DNA of 64,000 nucleotides from Carpediemonas membranifera BICM (lineage: Eukaryota; Protista; Fornicata), in contig JAHDYR010000011.1 in assembly GCA_019828565.1 (NCBI GenBank), positions 357,214 to 421,213 on the forward strand. The letters are read 5' to 3'. The notes below the pieces were generated by a model that worked only from the letters and a program-made list of their open reading frames with translations, was not told the DNA's origin and did no database searches. Of this stretch, positions 32,811-44,700 are shown piece by piece. Position numbers and translations under genes: made by a program. Numbering within the stretch: position 1 is the first letter of the stretch; every line of letters starts with the position of its first letter.

Positions 32811-32895
32811 GATAGCCCACGTGTTGTATCGCGTTCACAGAGCTACTAGGAAGCCTTTATAGTCTCTTATTATTCTTCTTCGTTGCTGCAGTCAC
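32811..32895. repeat. 85-bp direct repeat, copy 2, abutting the DIRS-2 5' end
   Basis: One mismatch to 16893-16977. Confidence 0.9.
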
Positions 32896-32938
32896 TAAAA
32901 TAGAATACTTCAAACGCCCAACCGGACACCGCAGCTAT

Positions 32939-33670
32939 CTACGGCGGTGACTTGTGTGGTGAGTATTGTGGCCGTGGTGTCGTCGCCAGGGCCTCTGTGA
33001 GAAGCGATCTTGTACTTATGAGTGGCGTTGCGATCTCGTCCATGCCAAATCCACTGCTGTTAGTCTCCTCTCCTTCGTCGATAGTCGGAATGAGCAGCCT
33101 GCGGGAATGGATACCCTGCCTGACGTTCATCAGTGATTCCAGGCTGGAATGGGTCGGCGTCGACGAGGCGTTCGAGAGGTCTTGAATGAGGGAGACGTCG
33201 ATCTGCTCCTCGCCGTTAGATCCAACGGCGAAGAGCTGCATTGGTGTGAGGCAGCCGTTGTAGCTGTTCGTGAATGTAGAGGATTGGCGCAGGCTGTTGT
33301 TATAGCTGCTCTGGCTCTCGCGACGAGTTGTTTCGAAGGTGCGAGAAGCACGGCCTGGAGAAAAAGCCGATCCAGGAGCTGCGTTAAGGAAGTGCTGGCG
33401 TAGTTTGAGGAACGAGAAGGCTATATCCCTCCAGTTGTTCGTTTCTGGGAACTGATGCTCTGCATTGATAACCCCGTCCTTCATATGCTCGATCTCTCGT
33501 CGCTGTCGTATCGATAGTCTTGATTCCATTGTTTCTAGAGCCTTTTCAAGCTTGGCGGGCTCGTCTTCGCCCAGCATTGAAAGGCTGTTTGGTTGGCGGA
33601 TACAATGAGATCCACAAGATTCAGCGACGGTTGTCACAATCATCGAGTTCTGTTTGGGCCGCCAGCACAT
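32939..33670 (-). CDS. Hypothetical Ser/Thr-rich protein (start uncertain)
   Basis: 243-codon ORF divergent from the next gene; no recognised motif. Confidence 0.5.
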   Translation of the reverse strand: MCWRPKQNSMIVTTVAESCGSHCIRQPNSLSMLGEDEPAKLEKALETMESRLSIRQRREIEHMKDGVINAEHQFPETNNWRDIAFSFLKLRQHFLNAAPGSAFSPGRASRTFETTRRESQSSYNNSLRQSSTFTNSYNGCLTPMQLFAVGSNGEEQIDVSLIQDLSNASSTPTHSSLESLMNVRQGIHSRRLLIPTIDEGEETNSSGFGMDEIATPLISTRSLLTEALATTPRPQYSPHKSPP

Positions 33671-33867
33671 TCCACACCCCCTGTTTCGAGTTTGACTTCG
33701 TTCCGCCGTTTCCGAGCCGCCGGGCTGACTTGTCGTAAAAGGACGAATGAATAATAAACGTCAGCAGAATGAAGCCATTGCAGAGATCACGCCAGTGGTC
33801 ACAGCCGTTCATGGCGCCATAGAAGTCTGGTTTGCCGAAAATAACATTCCGAAACCGATTTGGAGAA

Positions 33868-36765
33868 ATGCCAACGAGCATGCTGATACTCGCTCTAAGC
33901 GCTCTATTTGTACATATACACGCGCAAAGCCCACTAATATCCCTGAATTCCGCATTAGACAGCACTATTTTCAAGGCCTTCCCTTTCTTTCAAGTGTCGC
34001 GCTTCGATCTCAAGAGCTGGCTCGTGGACAACCTCGCTGATTTCCGATTGTGGACTCTTATGGACGAACTAACCAATTGGGACACAGTACCAACGCACAG
34101 CATCCCCGAAGCACCATATGTTTTGTACTTTCCCGACGCGACTACGTCAATCTCCGACGTTAACGCTGTTCCATCATTCATTGTGTGGCTCACAGTCGCA
34201 GCATGCCTTGCCGTACTCGCTGCGTGTACGATGGTCTTCCTCTCTTGCACTGTTCACACGCTTACCCTGACGAAAGCAACAAGGCCACGCCTCAAGACGC
34301 CCGTGCGAGCTGCCTTCTGGGCATACCAGTGCATGGCCTCCATGACAGTTGGTTCATTCCTTTTCGTAGTGGCAGGTGCCGTGTTGTGGTTCACGGCGAG
34401 CACTGAGCAGGCCCTGGTCGGCAACCCCCTCTTGTTCTTATCCGAGAGTCGCGACAGCCTCCTCGCCAACGTTGAGGGTATCACAGACATAGCCAGAGCC
34501 CTGCCCGAAGTTGCTGACGCCGTTCGTCACATTCACCTGACCGACGCTCTGGAAGTACTCGAACCACAGTTCCTCGCAGTCGATCAGATCGCTGCAAACT
34601 TCTCTGCCATCATGTTGGCCGCGGTAGACATCAATACCACCATCACAGACCTTGAGGCGGGCGTGGACGACTTGAATGTGCTTGTCAACACGTTCACTGC
34701 CGCTGTGACTGCCATTTCATCGGATTACAGCTCATCTATCGGTGTGCCGTCTGTTGGAACGAATCTACACGATCCCATTGATACAATATATCATACGCTA
34801 GATTCAATCGATCTCGCGACTGCCAGGGCAAATGCATCTGCCATGATTAACGACGCTGCCAAGATTCCCGAGTTCGAGGCTGCCAGCGTCTTACTTTCTC
34901 TCGGCCTCGGCACCGCTCTCAACAAGACAACCGCTATGCTCGACTCACTCGCCTGGTTAGGCAGCAAAACGCCCGAGTCCGCTCTGACGACTGCGCCCGG
35001 GATCCCCCCAGCCCTCTCTTCCGTCATCGCCCAGAGCATTGATAGCCCAGGCTCGATCACAGGCCCGGGTATGGCGGTGTCTGTTCTCGTCACGGCCGCG
35101 CTCCTATTGGCCGCCTGGTGCTGCGTATCAGGCCTGCTCTCGGGCGGGCAGTGCGGACTAGTGTCGTGCTCGTGGTGCATGGGATGCCAGTCCTGCTGCT
35201 CATTCGCGTTGACGTCTGTTCTGCTCGCTGGATTGGCCATACTGACGCCTGTGTTGAAGCTTTCATCGCTTGCTTGCACTGACGGGAAAATGTGGACCGC
35301 TGACCTTCTATCGCGTGTTGCCGGACTAGATATTGTGTCAGATACACTTACCACACTCTCCGGCTATGATGTGGTCATATCTATTGATACGACCCAGTTT
35401 CTTGACATCATCAGCTGTCAAGGTGCATCAATCACAACCATTTTCGGCCCCAGTTATGCTTCAACCAACGGACTTGAAGGACTTGTCGAGGATTTCGTCG
35501 GAGCGAGCTCCTTTACAGTTCCCACGCTTAGCGGGAGCGTGACGTTTGCAGATTACTTCGCAGGCATCAACACTACTGCTTTCCTCGATTCACTCGGTCT
35601 CGAAGATACGATTGTCAGCCAGGTCAACAAGAGTCTTGATTCGATCTCCGGTCAGATCCACTCAATGCAGACCCAAGCGACGAGTCAATCAAACATTGAC
35701 TTGAGCAGCAGCGGTCTGGACATCTCAACGTTACAGTCGGACATTGCAACTTACCAGACAGACGTTGCTGATGACAGCACATTCGGCTGGGACCAGAGCG
35801 CTGCGGTTACTGCTCTCTCAAACTACCACAGCTTGATCGCCCAGTATTACACTGATAACTGTGGGGCTGCGGACTTCTGTACCGCATGCGGGGTGGAGAA
35901 GGGGCTTTATGACAGCGATCCTGCAGCATTTACGACGGAGACCATCGAGGACTGGAATTATGTACAGGCGTTAATAGCATGTATAGTCGCCTCCGTAGCC
36001 CCTCCAGACACGAGCAACCTCGAGACCGGACTTGCAAGCCTGGATGACTTGAAGCAAGTCATTGAGTTAATCACACAGTTCCAGGTTGACACTCCGCCTG
36101 TGTTGAGTGATATCCAGACCGCCCTGGCCACACTTGACACCCAGCTCGGGGACGTCAATGCTGTGTTGAGACCAGATATGTTAGGCTCGCTGTCTGACTT
36201 CAATACGTCCCTGGATTCGGTCAACGTGACTGGGATATCGTCAGTCATCACTGGTAACGCGGCCACCGCTCTTGGAGTGATAACCACCAACCTAGCCCAG
36301 GCGGCAGAGGCAGCTGACCGTGCGACAGACTGCTCGATTATCGGCGGCGCCACGGGGCTTGTGGGCGAGGGGCTGTGCGGCACAAGCAGGGGATGGCTCC
36401 ACGTGCTGTACATACTGCTACTCATTCTGGCACTCGTGGGAATGGCACACTGCGTCTCCACGTACGCGGTCTACAGATTCATCGCTCGAAGCCCAAAGAA
36501 AGCACGGAAAAAGGCCGCAGGGAAAGCCGAGGCGTCAACGAATGCCCCAAGCTGGAATAGAGCTGGCTCCCGAATCATAGACTTCGACGAGGACTCCATC
36601 CCCGACGTCACAAACATCACTGCTAACCCCGCCATGGCTAACCTCGTGACTGCGCTCAGAGTCACAGAGGCTGTCGCTAAACTGCGCGTCAGGGCTGGGA
36701 AGCTTACGGACACAACCGGAGCCGTGCATGATCCTGTAGAATATGTGGTGCCGCTCAATCTCTGA
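33868..36765 (+). CDS. Multi-pass membrane protein, prominin-like
   Basis: Signal peptide, about 5 TM segments, two large helical loops, Cys cluster between TMs, DC..LC motif before the last TM; family call is pattern-based. Confidence 0.55.
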   Translation: MPTSMLILALSALFVHIHAQSPLISLNSALDSTIFKAFPFFQVSRFDLKSWLVDNLADFRLWTLMDELTNWDTVPTHSIPEAPYVLYFPDATTSISDVNAVPSFIVWLTVAACLAVLAACTMVFLSCTVHTLTLTKATRPRLKTPVRAAFWAYQCMASMTVGSFLFVVAGAVLWFTASTEQALVGNPLLFLSESRDSLLANVEGITDIARALPEVADAVRHIHLTDALEVLEPQFLAVDQIAANFSAIMLAAVDINTTITDLEAGVDDLNVLVNTFTAAVTAISSDYSSSIGVPSVGTNLHDPIDTIYHTLDSIDLATARANASAMINDAAKIPEFEAASVLLSLGLGTALNKTTAMLDSLAWLGSKTPESALTTAPGIPPALSSVIAQSIDSPGSITGPGMAVSVLVTAALLLAAWCCVSGLLSGGQCGLVSCSWCMGCQSCCSFALTSVLLAGLAILTPVLKLSSLACTDGKMWTADLLSRVAGLDIVSDTLTTLSGYDVVISIDTTQFLDIISCQGASITTIFGPSYASTNGLEGLVEDFVGASSFTVPTLSGSVTFADYFAGINTTAFLDSLGLEDTIVSQVNKSLDSISGQIHSMQTQATSQSNIDLSSSGLDISTLQSDIATYQTDVADDSTFGWDQSAAVTALSNYHSLIAQYYTDNCGAADFCTACGVEKGLYDSDPAAFTTETIEDWNYVQALIACIVASVAPPDTSNLETGLASLDDLKQVIELITQFQVDTPPVLSDIQTALATLDTQLGDVNAVLRPDMLGSLSDFNTSLDSVNVTGISSVITGNAATALGVITTNLAQAAEAADRATDCSIIGGATGLVGEGLCGTSRGWLHVLYILLLILALVGMAHCVSTYAVYRFIARSPKKARKKAAGKAEASTNAPSWNRAGSRIIDFDEDSIPDVTNITANPAMANLVTALRVTEAVAKLRVRAGKLTDTTGAVHDPVEYVVPLNL

Positions 36766-36854
36766 GATTGATGCACATGTTATCGTATTATTCGAATATT
36801 TCTCTAGATTCACACGAGTGAAGTAAATGGTACACTCGATCGTTAAAACCGCAT

Positions 36855-39635
36855 TTAAATAGCCGTAGCGCCCACCGCGTCCTTCCGGTTGAGCCCCTGG
36901 CGTCTGTACTGCGCCTTACGGCGCTCCTTTTCGTTCGCCTGCCTTATCGCATCCCTACCAGCCTTGGCCTTCTCCGCCTTCTTCACACGTTCCTTCGCTG
37001 CGTCTGCCCGTTTCACTCTCCTATGGGCGCTAAGCTGCTGGATGTGAGTGACGCTGGCGTCGCGGGCCTTCTCTGCAACGGTCCTGGCGGCCATCATCTC
37101 GCGATGTCTAGTGGCGAGATACCCGTCAGAGCTCCGCTTACCGCTCTGCTCGACCTTGGAGCCGAACGGGAGTGCGGTCGCGATCTTCTTGGGGACCACC
37201 GTCTTCGAGAACACGCGCTCCTTCCGCTCAATGATTCCGCTGTACAAACTGTCCTTGTTGACGGGGATGGCGACCCCCTTCTCGTCCCTGACCTCCCTGG
37301 TGGTCTTCATACCTGCCCACTCGTTGCCTCGTTGGAGTAGCGTCGCTACAGTGAGACACCAGGCCGGGATCTCGACGGGCACCCAGCCACGTAGGAAGAC
37401 AATGTCAGAGAGCAGGATCTTATCCTCAAACGTCGCCCTGAACGCACCAGGCGGGGCCTTCTCGGCCTTCTTGATTATGCCGCGGATGCCCGAGACCGTC
37501 CTGATCTTGGCACCGACGAACCTGTTGACCTCGAGCTCGGAATTGAACATCCCTTTGATAAAGGCACTGTTCTTCATGGTATTGGTCTTCACGCCGTCCT
37601 TGCGGTTGGCAGCCCTGAACGGGGTCCCTATAAGCTTCAGCTTCTTCGTAAGACCATGCTTCTTCCCCATCTGAAGCACGGTGCCGGTAGCACTCACCCT
37701 GAACGAGCTCTTCGATCTGCTGATAGACTGGAACACGGCTACACCGTAGTTTGGGGGGATCAGAGGCCCGTGGAACGTGGCGAAACAGTGCATGTGCTCA
37801 GGTGTGTACTTAATCTGCCGCTGGCGACCGTTAGGGTCCTCCATGGAGAATATGGGTCGTGTCTGGAACCTGCGCCAGCCCATGGAGATGACGGCAGGGT
37901 CTCCGTTCTTCAAGATCTTTCGGTGGTAGGGGTGGCGTATGATTCTCGTGTGGACCTGACCCACGGCGGACTCACCTGGACCCAGCCCGCCGAGCACGAC
38001 TGGCCGGGTTGGGTCAAAGCAGTCGAAGAAGGCTGGGTCGACGCCTGTGACGAGGACGCAGACGTAGGACCCGGGTCTGTAGCCCTCGACCTTGACACGC
38101 TGGGCCTCGGGGAGGTTGGCGATCATCTTGTTCCGTTCAGCGATGAGGGCGTGTTTCTCGCCTTGGAGCCGCATGTAGCGGGCCTCAAAGTCCTCCTCCT
38201 CCTCGGGGGTCTCCTCCTTGTCCTCATCCTTCTCTTCGCCTTCGCCGTCCTTCTCGTCACCCTCCTCCTCGTCATCTTCATTGCCGCTCTCCACACCGAG
38301 ATCACCCGCAGCCATGTCCCTGTCATGCTGTCCGAACTCACCCGTGATAAATCGATCCCTGAGCCAATCATCCACACCCTCCTCGTCCATGGGCAGGGAT
38401 ACTGCAGGGTAGACGTGCGTCACGTCCGTCAGGGCGTCCAAGAGGGCGAGAAAGGTCGGGTCGGACACGTCGGGGGCGAGGGGGGTGGCCAGATCATGGT
38501 CTGTGTCCGAGTCGGAGCTAGTGGAGTCAGAGTCAGAGTCAGAGTCACTGGAAGAGTCATCGGAGTCGTCTGAAGCGAACTCGAAGGCTGGGCCGGATGT
38601 CATGTCGACGTCTTCATCGCTCTCGTCCTGGTCGTCGTCGGAGGCGAACAAGGCGGCGTCATCTGCCTTGGCCCGCTCCCTTGCTGTGTGCAGGCCCGCG
38701 ATGATCTTCTCGCCCTCGGTTTGGTCACCGACAAGCACTGCGCGCTGCCTCTCGAGACCCTCCGAGGCGACTGTCTGACCGTAGTGGGCCTCACCGCTGA
38801 TAGTGATGGTCTGCCTGCCCGCGACCCTCTCCATGCCAGCAATGTCGGACATGGGGGCGTAGACGAGCTTGTCCTTCTCTCCCAGCCCGCGCTTACTGCC
38901 CTTGTTGAGGATAGGGCAGGGGTCCTCTCTGAACTCGACCGACTCGGCCGAGACATCGCCCAGGCCGGGGATATGGCACAGCTGGCCAGGGCGGAGGTTA
39001 GAGCCGAGGACGTAGCCGAACAGACGCATGGAAGTGGGCGCGTCGTCGATTGCTTCGATGCGGTCAGCGAGAACAAAGGGGTGGGCCTCACGCCAGCGGA
39101 GGTGCTTGGGGGACTTCTGGAGATGGGTCTGGGAGAAGCGCTTGACGGCGTTTTTGTCGTACTGCTTGCGGACACCGTCGTACTTCAGGACGAACATAGA
39201 GGACTCGTGGGAGTTCTGCTTCTTCCAACGTTCGTTCAGGTGCGACTTGACACGGTTCTGCTTCTTCTGCTCGATCTCGTCAAGATGGGTAATGACACCG
39301 TGGACGAGGGGGAAGCCGTGGACGGCGAGGAGCGTATGGTACTCAAAGGTCTCCATTTCCCAATCATGAGCGTTGGCGCACATGATAACCATGTCGGGAA
39401 CCTTAGCAAGATCGATCATGGAGGGCATATCAGGCGTGCATTCGATGAACATCAAGCGGCGGGCCCGAGTTTGGCGAACGGTAATCGGACCGGCAATACG
39501 GGAGATCTTCTGGCCCGTGAACATCTGCACAAGGCCTTGAATAAGGGTGCTCTTGCCAGAACCGGCTGGTCCTTGCACCACGATAACCAGGGGCGGTTGT
39601 TGCTCCATCACTGGCTTCGTTCCGCTTTTTTTCAA
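36855..39635 (-). CDS. BMS1: Ribosome biogenesis GTPase BMS1 (5' end uncertain)
   Basis: PPLVIVVQGPAGSGKSTLI, EMETFE, WREAHPFVLADR, SMGWRRFQT, KYTPEHMHC, RATFEDKILLSDIVFLR. Confidence 0.96.
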   Translation of the reverse strand: MKKSGTKPVMEQQPPLVIVVQGPAGSGKSTLIQGLVQMFTGQKISRIAGPITVRQTRARRLMFIECTPDMPSMIDLAKVPDMVIMCANAHDWEMETFEYHTLLAVHGFPLVHGVITHLDEIEQKKQNRVKSHLNERWKKQNSHESSMFVLKYDGVRKQYDKNAVKRFSQTHLQKSPKHLRWREAHPFVLADRIEAIDDAPTSMRLFGYVLGSNLRPGQLCHIPGLGDVSAESVEFREDPCPILNKGSKRGLGEKDKLVYAPMSDIAGMERVAGRQTITISGEAHYGQTVASEGLERQRAVLVGDQTEGEKIIAGLHTARERAKADDAALFASDDDQDESDEDVDMTSGPAFEFASDDSDDSSSDSDSDSDSTSSDSDTDHDLATPLAPDVSDPTFLALLDALTDVTHVYPAVSLPMDEEGVDDWLRDRFITGEFGQHDRDMAAGDLGVESGNEDDEEEGDEKDGEGEEKDEDKEETPEEEEDFEARYMRLQGEKHALIAERNKMIANLPEAQRVKVEGYRPGSYVCVLVTGVDPAFFDCFDPTRPVVLGGLGPGESAVGQVHTRIIRHPYHRKILKNGDPAVISMGWRRFQTRPIFSMEDPNGRQRQIKYTPEHMHCFATFHGPLIPPNYGVAVFQSISRSKSSFRVSATGTVLQMGKKHGLTKKLKLIGTPFRAANRKDGVKTNTMKNSAFIKGMFNSELEVNRFVGAKIRTVSGIRGIIKKAEKAPPGAFRATFEDKILLSDIVFLRGWVPVEIPAWCLTVATLLQRGNEWAGMKTTREVRDEKGVAIPVNKDSLYSGIIERKERVFSKTVVPKKIATALPFGSKVEQSGKRSSDGYLATRHREMMAARTVAEKARDASVTHIQQLSAHRRVKRADAAKERVKKAEKAKAGRDAIRQANEKERRKAQYRRQGLNRKDAVGATAI

Positions 39636-39840
39636 ACAGAGCTAGTTTGGCCTGTATGATAGGGAAGACGAGGAAGCGAGTCCGGCTATACCCTACCTGC
39701 ATCGCATAGACCATATACAGGCTGAAATTTAGGAATATTGACAGCAGACGGTGGACTCAAAACGAATGAACGGTCTCACGAAGCAACTCCAGTATTTAAA
39801 CAGGGCTATACATAAATTCAGACATCCACGCCCAAAAACT

Positions 39841-40143
39841 CTACCTGGAATCCACTGGCGCCTTCCTCTTGCCAGCACCAGGCTGGGTCTTTGCCTTGTC
39901 CACAAGGAGCGCGTCGAGGTTCAGTGTGTCTGGCAGGAGAACGTAGCGGATGGTATTCCCGCGAACAGCGATCATTTCTACCTTCTGAGGGTCTTGGTGG
40001 AGCTTGGCGACCTTTGCATTGCGCATGAAGCAGTTCATGTCGTGAGTAACACCAACCACGGTTCCTAGAATGGTGGTACCATTCTTGAGTTCAAGAGTGA
40101 TAGTCTCGTTGCGCAATCTAGCCAAGAAACGAACCAGCTTCAT
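39841..40143 (-). CDS. SNRPD1: Small nuclear ribonucleoprotein Sm D1
   Basis: MKLVRFL..ETITLELKNGT..RGNTIRYVLLPDTLNLD. Confidence 0.95.
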   Translation of the reverse strand: MKLVRFLARLRNETITLELKNGTTILGTVVGVTHDMNCFMRNAKVAKLHQDPQKVEMIAVRGNTIRYVLLPDTLNLDALLVDKAKTQPGAGKRKAPVDSR

Positions 40144-40251
40144 CTCTGTTGCTGCGCTATGACGAGGGAAGATCGGTGCAGTTTAGGTATAAACTGCTCG
40201 TCTTGATGATCACGATCTTCGCCTCTGCCGCCATTTATACACGCCTCGCCC

Positions 40252-41464
40252 CTATGTAAACTTCCTATCCAGCCAGTAGTCCGCCCCGCTCTCCTCATAG
40301 TCTGCCCTAGTCAAGAAGAGATCATCAAACGGTGTACCGGGAATGCTGACTAAGTTCGCCAGCATCGACCCGCCCATCCAGGCCGAGTCGTCCGGACGGC
40401 CCATGGAATCAGCCACGGGTACCTCCAGCTTCTCCAGCGTCTCTGTGTCGTTGATAGCGGCCGTGGTGGCGGCAATGAGGCCGGGCATGAGGAAATTACC
40501 GCCCATGCACGATAGCCGCGAGCACAGCTTCTTCTGGGTGGACGTGGTGTTCTCTGCCAGCCTCCTGATAGCAGCCGGGATGCCAGTGCTGTCGTTCAGC
40601 AGCATTTCGGACCCAGCGACCATTAGGTCGGGGGGGACGAGGATCGTTTGGCCGTCCGGAAGGCGATAGGGGATGATGTCGGATTCAACGGTAGCCTTAG
40701 TGCCGGACACAGCCTCCTTCATTCTCTGGGCAGTTGCTCTTGTCCTAAAAATGCTCTGTGACACGGCGGTTCCTTCAGGGTACAGTGGCTCCGCAGAAGA
40801 CGTGATATGGGACACAAACCGGTCAGTTATATCAGCCCCAGTGACATCCACGCGCTCTATCGCATCCCTCGGCACGCAACCCTCCAGGACGGGGTAGACT
40901 GCAGTGAACCCCTCGCCACTCTCCACGGCCAAGGCAGAGTACGAGTCCGTGGTGTACATTGAGAGCACACCGGACAGGCAGAAGGACAGGCCGGGGCAGC
41001 GCCACTGGTCGAAGAGGAGGCTCATCACACGCTCGCGCTGGCTACGGCGTGCGACAACAGAGTCGGAGAATACAAAGGGTACGGCCTCGACGATGTCCTC
41101 AATGCCAGCCTCGTCGTGGAACATGCTGCTGGACACGCCGTACTCCATGATTGTCTCGAATGCTGCCCAGTCATCGACTTGGCCGCGCCTCATCACGGGG
41201 TTGATGTCGACTGTAGGCGGGAGGTCGGATTCTACAAGCTCGTTGTAGCCTGCAATGTATGATAGCTCTGTAACATCACCCTCTTCGTCAACTGAGCGCT
41301 CGGCAAGAACGCCTAAGGCCTGTGTGAGGTTAAAGGATGCCGCATACCGCTGGAAGCCTCGATTTTGGCGCTTTGTCGCCACCAAAGCCGAATCTATATG
41401 TCTGTGTACCCATATCGACAACGATTGGGACGATCCCATCCTCAAACGTTGTTTGCGGAGACAT
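40252..41464 (-). CDS. Divergent actin-related protein; intron 41320-41347
   Basis: Exon 1 IVVDMGTQTYRFGFGGDKAP; 28-nt GTATGC..CTCACACAG intron restores the frame; ESGEG..PVLEG, YRLPDGQ, AWMGGSMLA. Confidence 0.9.
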
Positions 41465-41736
41465 CCGTCGCGACAATGTGCTTAAAGTGCACAGAGCTGC
41501 TTAGTTTAGGGGCGCCAGTAGAGATACATGAGTGTATAGCATGCATCATTCACCGCGGCATGTCGAGAAGCGACACAGGAGTCTATTTCTCGTTAAGTCG
41601 CACGCGACCTCGAAAATTTTCCCAACAACAGATACCAAGGCGTGCATCCGTATTATGGCCCATCTACGGCCCCAATGTATCCTATTCTTGTCTAAACTGA
41701 CCAATTTTTATTTTTGGCGTTTAGAACGAAACCGAT

Positions 41737-44700
41737 ATGCCTCGCCAGATTCAGCTGGCTTCTGGCTTCGTCGTTGATGCAGAAGACGACGAACTTACAC
41801 CAACAATTGAACAATTCCAGCCACAACAGCCCGCTGAGTCCGAGGAAGCCACGCCTGCGTCCTCTTCACCGATGTACATGCTCGGGGCGAACAGACGTCG
41901 CCGGAGGAAGACAAACAGGAGCCGCGGCTCTGCTTTGAACTCCGATGGGCTTAATTTGGAGGCTACACCCTCTCCGATCGCCGCATCGCCCGACCAAACG
42001 CCCGATTCGACCATTCCCCCGCAGATTCACTCCGAGAGACATCACCATGGTCCTGCCAGACCCAGCGACAGCCTAGAGCCCGTCTCTCCCGTGGGCCGTA
42101 TGCATAACCACGCCCGTGAGGTGTCCGCGGTTGACTGCGACGTTCCAAACCACGCCCACGGCGCCGACGGCGTGCGCCCGACTCCGCCGTATAACAGACG
42201 AGTGGACGTACACAGCGCCACCCCTCCAGGCTCGGCACAGGGCAGCCGGGCGGACATACTCGACTCAGCACAGATCATTGCGGACAGCGACAGCGACGGT
42301 GTCGAGGAGATCGACGTGGGCCTTGACCCGAAGCAGACCCGCAAGGCTGTACTCATCGCCCCCGGGTCCAACCGCGACGTGCTGCCTGCGGTCCACGGCG
42401 ATGACCCAGCCCCCCAACCAGACCGCCGAGAGTTCTACAACGACTGGGCGAAGAGCATGAAAATGACAGTCCGGAGCAGCTACAACCCCCACATGAAGAA
42501 ACACCCCGCTCCAGCCCCTGAGGGCGAGGAGAACACGGCCTGGACCCGCATCAAAGCCCGAGCGCTGGCGCTGTATACGTGGTACAAATACCAGCTCCGC
42601 AAACGCCACGGACCTGTCCAGCTGTGGCGCAAGCAGATCCTGAACATCGAAGGCCACTTCGGGTCGGGGGTCGCGTCGTTCTTTATCTTCCAACGCAACG
42701 TGTTCATCCTTGACGCGGCCATCATGCTTCTCTGGCTCATCCCACTCGCCCTGGGCCTCCTCTCCGACGTGTGGCGCGACTACTTCGAAGCCAAGGACCT
42801 CCGCTGGTGGATCGTCGACTCCTGGTTCGGGATGACACCACTCTTTTACAGCGGATATCCCTCTACCCTCAACGGCGACGACTTCAAGTGGCTCACTGGT
42901 ATCCTGCCTGCCGGGCCAGTGAAGGACGCCGTGTTGTGGACGTTGGCCCGCTTGCCCACTGTCCCTGTCGATCTGCTGTGGGCCACGTGCGTGGTGCTTA
43001 CGTACATTGTATCGTTCGCCGTGCTCGTGTACTGGATCAAGCAACACTTCTTCACGGCGTCTGAGGATGATCTCCTCGTCAGCAACAACGAGTACCCCAT
43101 GGGCACGCTGGTCTACGGCTCGTGGGACATGGGTATCGCCAGCAGGCACGCTGGTCGACTCCTCAAGGCTAACATCATCACAAGACTCCGGGAACTAGCC
43201 GAGAAGGAGCGTATCCAGGCCCAGGCGCTGCACCGTTCACTCCCATCTGCCCTGCTCGACTATGCGGCCAAGGTTGCGGGCTTCCTCGTCTCTGTCGCCC
43301 TGATGACAGTGTCTGGTACTATTGTTGTCACGATGGTCCAGATCAGCAAGATGTACGGCGACCAGTACGCCTTTATCACGCTGATCACAACTGCATGTAT
43401 TGGTATCAACAACTTCGGAATCCCTCTGTGCATCCGTTTCGTCTCCGTCTTTGAGAGGTGGCGCAACCCGAACCACGCAATCCTCTTCACCGTCGCACGA
43501 ATCTGGTTTGTTAAGATGTTCGCTATCTTTATCGTCGTATACCAAAACTTTGGCGATATCGCTTACCGCACAGTTTTTGCTAGATTCTCTGACATCGTCC
43601 CAGTCAACTCGACCGACACGTGCCCCATGTCCAACATCGGTATCCAGTTCTGGTATCTCCTGTGGATGGATCTAGCGATCACGGCCGCCGCCGACATTGG
43701 TCTGGCCGTTCTTCCATGGGTCGTCACGAGACAGAGGTCAGAGTTCGTCATCACGGTCAACACCATTGATACGATGTACCGCCAGGCCCTGTTCTGGATC
43801 GCCGCCATTCTCTCGCCAGCCAATGCCATCGTCGGTGTCATCTCCCATGGGTCCATGTTCTTTATCCTGTACTATGTTACAGTGTGGACGAACGCTCCCC
43901 AGAAGACCTCTTGGGGCGCAAGCCGCATCTCACACTACTTCCTTGTCCTCCTCTCATTGACAATGATTGTGACAATGGTGCCGATGCTCATCGTGCTCCT
44001 CCTGGTCGGTGGAATCGAGGGTGAAGAGTGTGGTCCCTTTATTGCCCACGGGTCGGGGTACAAGACTGTGTTGCACTACATGGAGCAGCTCTCCATCGCT
44101 GGAACAAGCCTTAAGGACGCCTTCGAGTACCTCCTTCGACCTGCAGTGCTTGCCCCCTTCGTTGTCATCTGTCTCGTCGGTATCTACTTCCTTTGGGCTC
44201 TAAGGCGCCGCAGCACGCGCAAGGCTCACACTATCGGCACCCTTATTGACACAACCAAGCGAGACACGGCAAAGTTGGTCCTCACAATCCATAAGCAGGC
44301 CAAGAAAGACGCCATTCTGAAGACTGACGAGCTCACGATCCAGGAGAAGCGCGACATCCTGATGAAGATGGTCAGCCGCCAGAGGAACCAGAAGAAGACG
44401 CTCCAGATGCAGAAGTACCAGTTCGAGCAACTGAAGGCGAAGAAACAGGCGCTGTTGGCAGAGGCCGAGGCTGAGAGAGAGGCCAGGCGTGTAGCAGACG
44501 AGGAGCTCCGCAAGCTCAAGGCGAAGGCGGAGCGGGAAATGAGTAAGATCAAGAGGATCGAGGAGAAGACCGAGCAGACATCGGCCGCGGTCAAGGCTGA
44601 GGCGGCCAAGATGTCTGCCATCCTTCAGCAGCCCTCGCCCATGATGGCCGGCTCGCCCCAGATGGCGGTTGACTCCCGCAGACAGAGCGTTGTCAGCAGT

